From: Macrostomum lignano
Taxonomy: Eukaryota
Reading direction: 5' to 3'
Length of the DNA stretch: 64,000 bases
Assembly (NCBI GenBank): GCA_002269645.1
Contig: NIVC01000996.1
Span: 323,758-387,757 of the forward strand
How positions within the stretch are numbered: position 1 is the first letter of the stretch; the number at the start of each line of letters is the position of its first letter. Below, piece by piece: positions 28,801 through 40,997 of this stretch. The position numbers were made by a program, and so were the translations under genes. A model generated the notes under the pieces. It searched no databases, was not told where the DNA came from, and saw only the letters and a program-made list of their open reading frames with translations.

Positions 28801-31800
28801 GCAGGTGTCATTGCCTAGCAACACGGCCCTGGCCTCGTACAGGTCGAGCGAATAGCCAGGCGGAGCGAGCCAGAGAGTCACGGCTGATACAATAACAATC
28901 ACTGAGCCAAGGGTGTCGCCAATGATATGCAAAAATGCCGCCTGCATGTTCATGTGACCAGAGCCTGCGGATGTATCATAGAGGCAAAACATCTTTATAA
29001 ATACTTTCGATACATATCGGCTTCGGAAATACTAATGCAATGTAGGTTTAATAATGAGTAAATAAATGCACAATACAAACAGAAAATTCTATAGAAAACT
29101 ATAATAATACTACTGACTCTTTGTAGGCAGTAACAATGACAGCGAGTCAGGCTTATTTTTCATACTCATGATAACAAACACTTGCGCAGTGTGTTGAGTT
29201 AAAAAGAGCAAAAATGACTGAACAGACAAGTGATAGTTAATTAATTAAACCAAAACGAGGTACTACGCCACTTTTAAAACGTTAAAAATAAATTTCAGAC
29301 ACAAAATCAAATTAATAAAATTGCATTTGATGTCAATAAGCTGCGCGTCTTCTCGGTCAACTTAAAGCGATGTTGTTTAAATCATTAATTCTATTTTTAG
29401 AAAAAAAATGAGTCATACTGATGACTGGAAGTGAGTCATACTGATGACTGGAAGTGAGTCATACTGATGAATTGAAGTGAGTCATACCGATGACTGGAAC
29501 TGAGTCATACTGATGACTTGAAGTGAGTCATACCGATGACTGGAAATGAGTCATACTGATGACTGGAAGTGAGTCATACTGATGAATTGTAGTGAGTCAT
29601 ACTGATGACTGTGAATCATACTGATGAATTGAAGTGAGTCATACTGATGAATTGAAGTGAGTCATACTGATAACTTGAATTGAGTCATACTGATGACTTG
29701 AATTGAGTCATACTGATGACTGGAAGTGAGTCATACTGATGAATTGTAGTGAGTCATACCGATGACTGGAACTGAGTCATACTAATGACTGGAAGTGAGT
29801 CATACTGATGACTTGAAACGAGTTAAGTAAGTCGAGAGATTTCGCAATGAAAAAGTGGGTCAGTTCTACTCTAAGCAACGTCACCTCAAATTAGCAAGGT
29901 TATTAGGTAGTAGGCCGAGAGAAAGTGAGAATAACCACGCAAAAAGTACAACTGAGCATGCAGATAGGCAAGAAACATCGAGAGAAAGTACCAGTAAAAA
30001 AGTTTATATTTTCTTTTTACGGGTTAATATGGACTGTGGAGAACTGAACTATAATACTAAGGCAAGTATTTGGCTCTGACCACACTGACCCAACAACTCC
30101 TATCTTGACCTAGCATGACCCACATTGACCCAACAACTCCTATCTCGACCTAGCATGACCCACATTGACCCAACAATTCCTATCTTGACCTAGATTTATC
30201 CACATAGAGTCAACAACTCCCATCTTAACCTAGCATGACCCAAATTGGCCCAACAGCTACAATCTTGACCTAGCATGACTCACAATGACCCAAGAGCTCC
30301 TATCTTGACCTAGCATAACCCACGTTGACCCGAAACCTCCTATCTCGACCTAGCATGACGCAAAATAACCCGAGTGGCTAAAATCTTACAAAATACTAAT
30401 TAAGAGTAAGATGGCATTTAAAAAGCTTCCACGATCGGGTTAATTCCACTGATTGAGGAAAATCCGACTCCTTACCGCGAGACGCGCCAACCTCATGGCT
30501 GTGTCCGTGCCCTCCGCCGCCCCCGCCGCCGCTTCCAGCATCCAAAGCGACATCATCGCCTTCGCCTTGATCAACCTCGTCAATTTCTGACGGCCTAGGC
30601 AGAGCGTTAGGCAGCCAGGACGGCCCAAGCGAGCCTCGGCGCAAACTAGCAACGCTGTGCTCAACGGCAGCCAGAAGCGAAGGCGATGAAGCCCTATCGG
30701 AAGCTGGAGCGACTGGATGAGCAGCGGAGGTTGAGGCGGCCGGCGAGGTTTGCTCAATTAGAATCGGCACGGCGGCTTCACAGAAATATTAGTCAAAAGG
30801 GATAGAAAAGTTCAGAAATAATCAATGAAGATACTTACTAAAAGTAGTGTATGTGTAATTTGCGTAGAAAAAATCGAAAAATTAAAGAATAACAACTTAA
30901 ACCAAAACAGAGCCTATGGGTACCGCTTTTAAACACTATAAATTTATAACACGCTTATATGGTCCCTGGTTAACGAAATTGCTTAACTGCCAAACTGTTA
31001 CGAATAATACAATATGGGTTTTTAAAACACATAGGGGAATCAGACTGGAGAGGTCACTGGGGGGAGGGGAGAGAGATGGAGAAGGGAGACAAAGAGAGAG
31101 AGAGAGCGGGGGGAGGGAAGAAGTGAGGGAGAGAAATGAGGAAGAGGGGAAGGGAGAGAGGAAAAGCTGAGAGGAGAGAGGGGGAGGGGAGATAAGAGGG
31201 GGAGAGGAGGAAGTAAGGAGATGAGAGAGGAGGGAGATGAGGGGGAGATGGAAGGGACAGAGAGATGAGAGGACAAAGATCAACGAAAGAAATATAAAAT
31301 AAGTGTTTCTGCAAGTTGGCCCTTAAAAAATTGTGAAGCAAACACGATACAATTAACCGCTTGTAAATAAAGTTCGTGTGTGTCTGAATAATCGAAGCAG
31401 CTGCAGCTGCAAAGAAAGAGAACGCATTAAAGGACAGACATCAACCCTAAATAAGGAAGCTTTCAACTGGGAAGGAGCCAAGGCGAAGGAGTCGCAGCAG
31501 AAATGTGAAAAATATTCACAGAATGCGCATACCTTCCAGCTAACTGCACCCTAGGCCATGGGGTGCTGAAAGTTCTTAGCCTTTCTAATATAACAGTTCA
31601 AATACAAATGTAACAGTATTGCTTATGCAACGAATACAATCAAAGTAATTTTACTTCTGCTGTTTATGCAGAGTAAAACGTAGTTTTTCCTTTTAGGTTA
31701 ACACAAGTTAGTGACCGGATACGAGGAAAGAGGAGAAAGGATGAGGTGAAGAGAGGGGGACACGTAGAGAGACAGGGAAATGGAGACAGAGTAAGGGAGA

Positions 31801-33857
31801 GGGAGAGGTGGAGAGGGAGACGAATGAGACAAAGAGAGGGAGACAAAGACAGGGAGACAAGGAAAGGTAGAGGGGGAGATGGAGACAGGGAGAGGTAGAG
31901 AGGGAGGGAGACAGGGAGAGGTAGACAGTGAGAGGCAAAGAGGGGGATGGAGACATGGAGAGGGAGACAGGGAGAGGGAGACGGAGAGGCAGATAGGGAG
32001 AGGGAGACAGGGAGACGTAAGAGGGAGAGGTAGAGAGGGAGATGGAGACAGGGAGAGGTAGAAAGGGAGGGAGACAGGGAGAGGTAGACAGTGAGAGGCA
32101 AAGAGGGGGATGGAGACAGGGAGAGGGAGAGAGGGAGACAGGGAGAGGTAGATAGGGAGAAGGAGACAGGGAGACGTAAGAGGGAGAGGGAGATGGAGAC
32201 AGGGAAAGGTAGAGAGGGAGGGAGACAGGGAGAGGAAGACAGGGAGAGGGAGACAGGAAGAGGGAGACAGGTAGAGGGAGACAAGGAGAGGGAGATGGAG
32301 ACAGGGAGAGGGAGACAGGAAGAGGAAGACAGGGGGAGGTAGATAGGTAGAGGGAGACAAGGAGAGGGAGATGGAGAGGTAGAGATAAATAGAGTGGGAG
32401 ACTATAATTACGTAGAGTATATACAAGGAGACAGGTTGGAGAGGTCACTGCCTCAGCTAGCATTTACTTCTGAATAATAAGTATATTTATATGCAGCAAT
32501 TTTTTAAACCACAAAGTTTATTTAGCTAAAGCAATATTAAATTAAATTTATTAAACAGTTTAAGGAATCAAAACCGAGACAAAAAGTTTATTTACAGCGA
32601 ATCATTAAATAGCTCACCGGAACTTGTTGCGACTGCACCGGAAGCAGCAGCAGCAGCAGCAGTAGCGCCGGCGGTCGCACGCTTTGGACTGGCATTGTCT
32701 TGCTCATCCATGCACTCGACTTTCATTGGCTCGTCACCGGCCTCTGCTGCCGCGGCCTGCGCCATTGGCCGAGCCTCCTCTGGTAGAAATTCCACCGATT
32801 TGTGCTGCATCAGCAGCTCCGCTTGATGCTTTGGGAATGAGAAAGGTAATCAGCTGGGACTGATTGACACTCTGGTGAGGCTGGGTATGGGATCTGAGGA
32901 GACTGGCTATGGGATTCGGGGAGACTGGGTATGGGATTCGGTGAGACTGGGTATGGGATCTGAAGAGACTGGGCATGGGATTTGAGGAGACTAGGTATGG
33001 AATTCACATGTGATTGAGATGAAGGGAGACAGCGATTGAGATGAAGGGAGACAGTGATTGTGATGAAGGGAGGCTGTGATTGAGATGAAGGGAGACTGTG
33101 ATCAAGATGAAGACAGTGATCAAGATGAAGGGAGACAGTAATTGAGATGAAGGGAGACCGTGATCAAGATGGAGACAGTGATCAAGATGAAGGGAGACAG
33201 TGATTGAGATGAAGGCAGACAGTGATCAAGATGAAGGGAGACAGCGATTGAGATGAAGGGAGACAGTGATCAAGATGAAGGGAGACAGTGATCAAGATAA
33301 AGGGAGACAGTGATTGAGATGAAGGGAGGCAGTGATTGAGATGATGTGAAACAGTGATTGAGATGAAGGGAGACTAGTGCTACATGAATAACTGCAAAAC
33401 AGCAATTAATAATTACCGAATGTTCAGATGCATGGCCGCCATGCCCGTGGCTGTGACCGCAGAATAGCAAAATACCAATCAGGTTAATGAGCAGGCCGCC
33501 AGAGCCAACATAGACAATGAGTTTTGGATCTTTCATCGGATGCGGTTCAATAATCTTCTGAACAGCTTCAATAATGATAGTGAAGCACAGAGTCACTAGC
33601 ATGACAGTGTTAACCAATGTACCCAATATTTCAGCACGTTGGAAGCCGTAAGTATGCCGACCATCTCTTGGCTTCTTGCCAACCCGAACAGCCCCCAGAG
33701 CGACAATCAGTGCTAGAACATCTGACAGCATGTGAAACGAATCGGCAACCAAAGTGACCGAATCGCACAGGTGGCCAACAACTAATTCTACAGCAAAATA
33801 GGCTAGAGCCATGATTATCATCAGGCCTAGACGATGAGTCTTACTCAGGTGGAACAT
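25818..33857 (-). CDS. SLC30A1: Cation diffusion facilitator zinc exporter, ZnT1/SLC30A1-like, 8 coding exons, 555 aa
   Basis: Hand-built exons: 33857-33417, 32828-32618, 30775-30476, 28964-28704, 27183-27104, 27020-26927, 26175-26087, 26009-25818. They total 1668 nt, all phases are compatible, and the CDS ends in TGA. Motifs: DSFHMLSD (TM2), HTYGFQRAEILG, His-rich loop, NMQAAFLHIIGD (TM5), VHDLHVWQL, HCTTIQPEF, and a Cys-rich tail (CFINCGNNKC...NCC) as in ZnT1. Confidence 0.93.
26285..26915. repeat. CT-rich minisatellite filling ZnT intron 6
   Basis: Seen directly; CAGTCTCCCTCTCTCC-type units. Confidence 0.9.
27240..27830. repeat. 20-bp minisatellite (CTACCTGTCAGTCTCACCAT), ZnT intron 4
   Basis: Seen directly. 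Confidence 0.95.
27835..28635. repeat. 20-bp minisatellite (ACAAGCCATCAGYCAATCTG) with a recurrent 40-bp variant block, ZnT intron 4
   Basis: Seen directly; it abuts the previous array. Confidence 0.95.
29408..29820. repeat. 23-bp minisatellite (TGAGTCATACTGATGACTGGAAG), ZnT intron 3
   Basis: About 18 units, about 17 of them with an intact TGAGTCA. Confidence 0.95.
30075..30365. repeat. 40-bp minisatellite, ZnT intron 3
   Basis: Unit CACAYTGACCCAACAACTCCTATCTTGACCTAGCATGACC; about 7 diverged units. Confidence 0.9.
31050..32400. repeat. GA-rich low-complexity and minisatellite tracts (31050-31270 and 31730-32400), ZnT intron 2
   Basis: Seen directly. Confidence 0.9.
32870..33375. repeat. 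Two adjacent 22-bp minisatellites (GAGACTGGGTATGGGATTCGGG; GAGATGAAGGGAGACAGTGATT), ZnT intron 1
   Basis: Seen directly. Confidence 0.9.
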
Positions 33858-36800
33858 GGCTGATTGATGCACTTATTGGTTATATTGGACAGTCTAAAAA
33901 CTCTTAATGCTGATGACCAATTGCTGTGGGAAATGCAAAGAATATATCAGTTTTTATTAAGTGTGTGACTTTATCAACCTTCGATGTCATAAGTTTAACA
34001 TAGTAGTTTAATAAAGATTACAAGTTAAATGCCATATGGGAAAAGAATGGAAGCAATTGCTTGCTAAAAAGTGCTTGACTCTATAAAACACAGAAAATCT
34101 TGATTGCAAGAACTGAAATCTCATTAACTGACACAGTTAGGTTCATAGTTTTAGATTTTAAAAACTATAACTAGTCATTAATCTACCTGACAAAAGCCAA
34201 GAATCTGAAAGAACAGGGTGGTACCCATCCTAGCTGAAAGGCTGCTCTAGTTTGTGAAAGCTTGCTTTTAGCAGATTTAGTCGCTTTATTATCTTATGCT
34301 TTGTCTGCTCCAATGTTGCTGGGCATATATTTGGGAAAAAATTCTCATTGCTTTTAGTCTTATAAGCAACTGTTTGCTAACTGTTATTAGAGCGAAGGGC
34401 ACTATAGAAGGCTTTTTCAAACATAATTGTAAGATCCCTACTTTGTTGCTTATATTAAGCAGTCAAATTGCATAGGAAAATAAATTTCTTTTCTGTCCAT
34501 CAACCATATATGTATACTTAGCCTATTGTATAAGTGAGACAATATTCCTACACTAACACTTAGGTAACACTTATTTGTTTCAGCTGCTATCTCAAAGATG
34601 CACAGAGGTCAGAAGCCTGCCAAGCACATGGAGGAGATTGCAACTATCTCTATCCTGAAACTGCACATGACAGAGTGGGAGGCTGTCAAAAGTTTCACAA
34701 TTTCTTAGTGGTAGCAGCTGTATTGGCAATAATGAACATCTGACATGGCAGAGAACAAATAGATATGGAAAAGCCATTGCACTGTTGACAATAATAAACA
34801 AGTATGCTTGACAATTCCAGTAACTACAACATAAATGGAGTGCAGTTTTTTAAAATGCATTTAATCAAGACATACTTGAGAAGTAAAATGTCATCTTCTT
34901 GATTTTCACATTTGCTTCTTTTGTCTATTGAAAACAAAAGAGCTTTAGGAATTGATCTTAACTGTTATGTTTATAAATTTGCTTCTGCCCATTATAATAG
35001 GCAAATAAGTCTTACATGATTTTATGATTAATTTTGCTTGCCAAGAAAATTTACATTTGCTATACCTACTTGGCTCATGTACATGTATAGCATTATAGGA
35101 TATGTATGTTTCTTTTTGCATCTTTACTCTGTACATAGTATATTTAAGCATATTATATTGCTTGTACTTTTTCACTTATAACTCACACATGTCATTGTTA
35201 TTTGCTACTTGTTTCATATAGCATTAAAAAGTATAGTATGAGTATACCTACCTTTGATTAAATTGATAGCTTGATTGATAGCTTGATTGATTAGCTCATT
35301 GATTAAATGAGCTAATTTGTTTTAAATATACATATATTATATTTATTAAATAGACATGTACATATGCATGTATGCATATTATTGTTAATTGTTATATATA
35401 GTAGAGTACTAAGTATGTTAGAATATAGGCAATAAAGTATTACTGTATATGCATATTCAAGTTCCTATTAAGTTTTTACTAAACCTATCATTAGTCATCA
35501 AATGTATTGTACTTTATGCACATAAACTCAGCAATACACAAAAGTTTCCTCTTTTTTCTAGGAAGACTTTTATCTCTTAGTTAAACAAGCAAAGTTTAAA
35601 CAATCAAATCTTGCTTGAATTAGTTGTTCTGACTAAGAAACTCTTAATACTATTGTTTTGATATTTACTTCCTTTTTAATCATTTTAATTAGTGCTATAG
35701 ATCTTAAAAAAGAGGAAATAAATCATTTGCAAGATGAATTAGTGCTTAATGATAACAACAATGACAAATTTGATCACAAGGAAACCAAAGAAGGCAAGTT
35801 GTCTGCTTTCAAGTATAAAAAACCCAGCCTTACCCCCTTGGATTCAGGGCTAAATTAGCCTCAATAATTGTTCACCCAGTGAATATAACATTCCAGGAGC
35901 AAAAGCAATTATTAAAATGATAGACTGAAGCATTTATAAATAACAGCCTTAAGATTGCTCAATGGTAGTCACTAGGAGCCCAACTAGCAATAATGTTATC
36001 AATATAACAGGTGCCTAGCCTTCAACTTTTAAACTATCTTGGTTTATAGGCCAGAAAGTCTCATTTGCTACTATAAGATCCTAGGCTAAGTAGGCAGTTG
36101 ATATCAAGGTCACCTGCACATATAATTATAAAACAGCAATTCATGATATTGCTACCTAATTATAATTTCCTGCCTAAACATCTGCCAAGGATGAGATATT
36201 TGGCCAATTAGACACTAAATTTGCAAACTTTGGAGTTTAATAAGCCAACAATAGAGGTTGAGATCACTCCAGAGCCTCTGATAAAGATACAACTGCAAGA
36301 GATTGACAGAGACTTGCAAGATAATCAATGAACTGCCTAAGAAGCTCTATGCAGGATACTTGTGCCATATAAATATCATTAAAATTAACTTTGTTTAAGT
36401 AGGACAATATTGGCTAGATATTATACCATTGCCAATTCATTATTGCTTAGAGATTTGGCCAATGCTGCATAAGCTACAAAGGATGTGGCCTGATTAAGCC
36501 ATCGCTGCATGGCAATGCAATATCACACATGTGGTACATGACCTCTGTTGGGATGTTTGCTGCTTAAACCAAGAGAACACTAAGACAAAAGCCTTGTGGA
36601 TAGGTCAGGAATGCAGCTGGTCCTATTCTGATTGAATCCCAAGAGAACTATAAGGACTATATTAAACTTTATATGTAGATAGCTTGCCTTGCTTTTTTAT
36701 TAAAATTTTCATCTGTAAATGAGTTTTAAAATTTCATTTAAAGAAAGATAGATAAGGCAATGCTTTTAAACAAAATATTTTAGTAGCATATAAGGTAGTA

Positions 36801-39249
36801 ATATTTTTAGTATATGTTTTAGTAGTTTATAATACTTATTATTGTGCAAATTATTTGTCTTATTAAAGAATGCCTTTTTCTACTCATATATAACACAAAC
36901 CTTAGTTTGCAAAAAAAGAACTTGAAAACATGTAATCATTTTTATAAACAATTATAAATCAAATATTATTCACCTTATTATTAGTAATGTCTATTTTTAT
37001 TAAAAAGTTTTTTATTATGTCCTGTCAAGTATAAAGCCTTTCTCCAGGTGCTTTGCCTATGCCTCTCTCTTTTCTATTTTAAAAATATTTGATAGGCATA
37101 TTATCTCCCTACCCCCTTTCTAGACTTTCTACCTCCTATAGGTATACTGCCTTCCTACCCCACTCTAGACATTCTGTCTCCCATATGTTTTGCCTATCCC
37201 TAACCCTTAAAATCCTCCTTAGTTATTAGGCTTCCTGCCTTTTTATCCAATTCCCTATTAGGTATTCTACATTTTTTACCAAAAATTCCTTATTAGAAAT
37301 CAGAATTCCCTCAGGATAAGTGTATTCCATTTCCTAGGCAACTCTGTTCTATTGTGTAGCCTTTTCCCCCTCTTCCCTAAATGGAATTTATCTTAATTAG
37401 ATACTGCTTGCTACTTGGACACTAATACTAGGAGTATTGTTGAAGTATACTCCTTATAATGATATTTTCCTAGTTCCAAGAAATTTCCAAGTCCCCTATA
37501 ACAAATTTAGTGATATCCTTAAATCAGATAAGACCCTAGAACTTTCCACGACCACTAAAACATTTATCATTTTCTTTGTAATCATGTAATTGTATATATT
37601 TTTATTTTGGTAAGATATATTATTTTATTTTTATTTTAAAACTATACAAATCTATATACTAATTTTGCGCTGTTTGTCTATCTATCTGTTATTGATTTTT
37701 TGAGAACCATTTAGCTAATCTTTTTTAAATTAGCTTAAAAAATTATTTTTAGTTAGGGATGATACATAATTTATTTTTCTAACATAGAGTTTTGGAAATG
37801 GGTAAAATATTCAAAAACAATGTTTTTTCAACATTTCTAATAGGTGCTATTTCTAAATTCAATTGTTCAATTGAACGATTCAGGCCTTTTTTGGCGAATG
37901 TACAATGTAGAATATTTATTCAAAATAAAGTTGAGCAATTTTATGACCCTTTGCACAATAGGCTTGCAGTTTGCGATGTTTATTTAATTTTATTATTGTT
38001 TACCAACCAGTCTGATAGATGATTAATAAAAGAAAGGGGGTTAAAGCTGGCCTAAAATGCAATGTGTACGGACAAAACAAGTCTTTTTTCATTAATGCTT
38101 AAACTTCTTTGATCTTGTTTATTATTTACAACACAGAGGGTAGTGCAGTTGCAGATAGGGATAGTAGCTAATGGGCTCAATTATAACTCTCAAAATAATT
38201 TGGAGAATTTATATAAAACAAAAAAGATTTTTTAATGCTTTTAAAGTTTGAATATTGAATTTGAATGCCTATCAAGGGGGGGGGGGGTTAGTATGCTTCT
38301 ATAAAATTTCAAACAATGAAAAAATCAATTGCCAATCAATCAATCAAAAATCAAAAGCCAACACATCTGTGCTCTGATATTTAGCCTTAGATGCATGTGA
38401 TACAATAAACTACTGCTTAATTACATTTCATTTCTTTGCAAAACCCCAATCAATTGTAAACTTTCCTAGCATCTTGTCAAAGTGTGGAAAGTCTTCCATT
38501 TCTTCAAATTATGATTTCAGAAACAAGCAATGAATGATTGGTGAACCTTTCAGTCTTAATCACAAACTGAAGGTTTCTTTTCCTAATTTTTGTGAATCAT
38601 TTTACTAAGGTGCCTAGCATTTTTTTGCCTTGCTTAGGTCAAGCAACCCTGGCTCTAGGCCTTGTCCTCAGCGGAGAGCATCTAAGGTAAACTGACCCCC
38701 ATGTTTATTCTTTGTTCTGATTAGGCCAAGCCTGGGAAATTTTGTAAGGGCCCTAGTTTGGCTTAATTCCTAGTGCCTTTTCTCTGGCCCTTTTTATTAA
38801 AGATCCCTATTTGATAAATTGGTCACCACACTATTATTTGTTCACTATTATAACTTTAGTAAGAAGGAGCCGCATTTGCCTTTTACTATTATTATTATAT
38901 TTTCTAATAATTTTTGCAAGGCTCAGCCTTTTCAACTGCATACCCATAAGCCATTTAGGCATCCCAATTTTGAATTGATATGACACTACCACCTTTGGCC
39001 TGAGATAGGAGGCTCTGGACCCCTATTGTGGCCAAAGTTTTATTACTCTGAGATTCACTTACCCATCCCACCTCCTTGTGCCTAAATAGAATGTATGGGG
39101 ATAATAGTCCTGTACCATTGGTTGGACGGCTTTGTCCATTGGATGTGTAGCTTGTAAAGTATTCAAGGCCCCATTTTCTTGCTTGTTTATTGCAATTGAA
39201 TTTTGCAATTCTGCTCTATGGATATTTTTGCCCATTGTTTTAAATCAAG

Positions 39250-39900
39250 TTTGGTCACAACATTTTTGCTGCCATGAATGACAAGCCTACAGTTAAAGGA
39301 ACAGCAAGCCCTTTGGTGCCTGACCCAATAGCCCCAATGGCTCAAGTTTCCTGGCTTTGGCCAGGAGAAGCCAAGAACTTGCACACCTATACTGCGATGG
39401 CATCAGGCACCAAACTGGCTTGCGCACACCTGTAGTGAGTGCTGGATGACGCTCTCCATCAGTCTGCTAGGCAAGGCTGAGTAAGGTTGATATGCAATAG
39501 TATACCCTTTGCAGCTAGATGCCCCTGGAGTCAACCCGCAATATCCTGGATGAGCTGCTCCAGTGTGCAGAGGAGGCCTACCACCAGGGTGGCAATTGAC
39601 CCTGACCTGCTTTGGCGCTACTTGTAACACTTGCCAAGGAAGCAGGGAAGCCAATCACCTTCAGGATAGATGGCCGCCACTGCTGAGACACTTCTGTGAC
39701 AGTGCCATCAGCAAGCACCTAGAGTGGCTGCAGTTTACAGATGGCCAAATGTACTTCCTGAGTGAGCCACCTAGTGTGGACAGTATAGCCAAGGCAGAGC
39801 ACAAATCTTACTTGTCTGGCTGCAGCAAACATGTCTCTGGCTCATCCTGCAGTAGTTGACGCCAGTAACAGCCAAGATACTGTCTTTGTTTGCCATTGCA
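39250..39900 (+). pseudogene. Heavily decayed coding remnant, probably retroelement-derived
   Basis: GC-richer island with a protein-like frame (MPLESTRNILDELLQCAEEAYHQGGN*P*PALALLVTLAKEAGKPITFRIDG) interrupted by TGA/TAG stops. Family not recognised. Confidence 0.3.
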
Positions 39901-40997
39901 TGGCACCCTTGCGCCTGTAGTAGGGCAAACTATCACTGGTTATTTAATAGACATTTGCATAACATATTTTCCGTCACTTGTCCCTTCTAGTAGCCTTCCC
40001 CTGTCCCATCCATTGCCTTATCCTTGGCCTCTGTTTCTCGGCCTTTGTTGGCCTTGTTTTGTTTGTTCTGAGTTTTCTGCAGGCAGCCCTATCTATTGTC
40101 CCACCTGTTGCCCCTGTGCTTGCCCTATCTTGCCTAATCTGTTGCCCCATGTGTTGATCTAATGTTTTGCTTACTATTTATATAGCCTAGTCCAGGCTAC
40201 ACCATTTTTATGCCTCTTTCCTCCCTTGCTAATTTAAATATTTTATTGCCTTTGTTTTAATACCTTGCTTGACTAGTTTGTTTTAAGTATATATACACTT
40301 GAAATTTATCTATATTGACTTATTTAGCTTTTATTAATATATTAATATATTATTAATATAAAAGTTAAATGGTGTAAAAAATAAAAAATGGTATAAAAAA
40401 TGGTGTAAAGCACATAAAAGTGTCGCTTATATTGCACCACTGCACAGCCAAAGCCCTCATTCATAGACTACAACCATTTAAACTATATTTATTCAACAAT
40501 ACTTAATAAACCAATATTTATATTCATTAATTAATTGAAGCCCATAGCTTCACATTGAGTCATTTGCCCGCAGGATATAAAATAACCAATTCATCACAAC
40601 TCCAAGCAAGTTTTGAGAATTTAATGTTTTGTAATAAGTAACTACAATGGTGGTAGCGCTATTTTACTGAATGTAACTAACTTAGCAAATTAGCAAATCT
40701 TAAATGCATGGTGTCTGTTGACCCAAACTGAATAACCATGCTTACAAAGACTGCTTGACTACAACAGTGACTACCTTCCCCCTAGAATTGAGGACCCAGC
40801 AGATGAAATATTCAGGAAAAACATATTGAGATTTGACTTGCAATTTGACTTGCAATTGGGTTTTTTTAGATTTACTAGTACAAAATATTAATTAAGATAG
40901 GAAAAACGGTCTTAAAATTTAAAAAGTCTTGAATATTATTCTCTTATCAAATACTTTGAAGTAGAATACTTGTAGAGGCCTATTAGTAAGCCTACAT

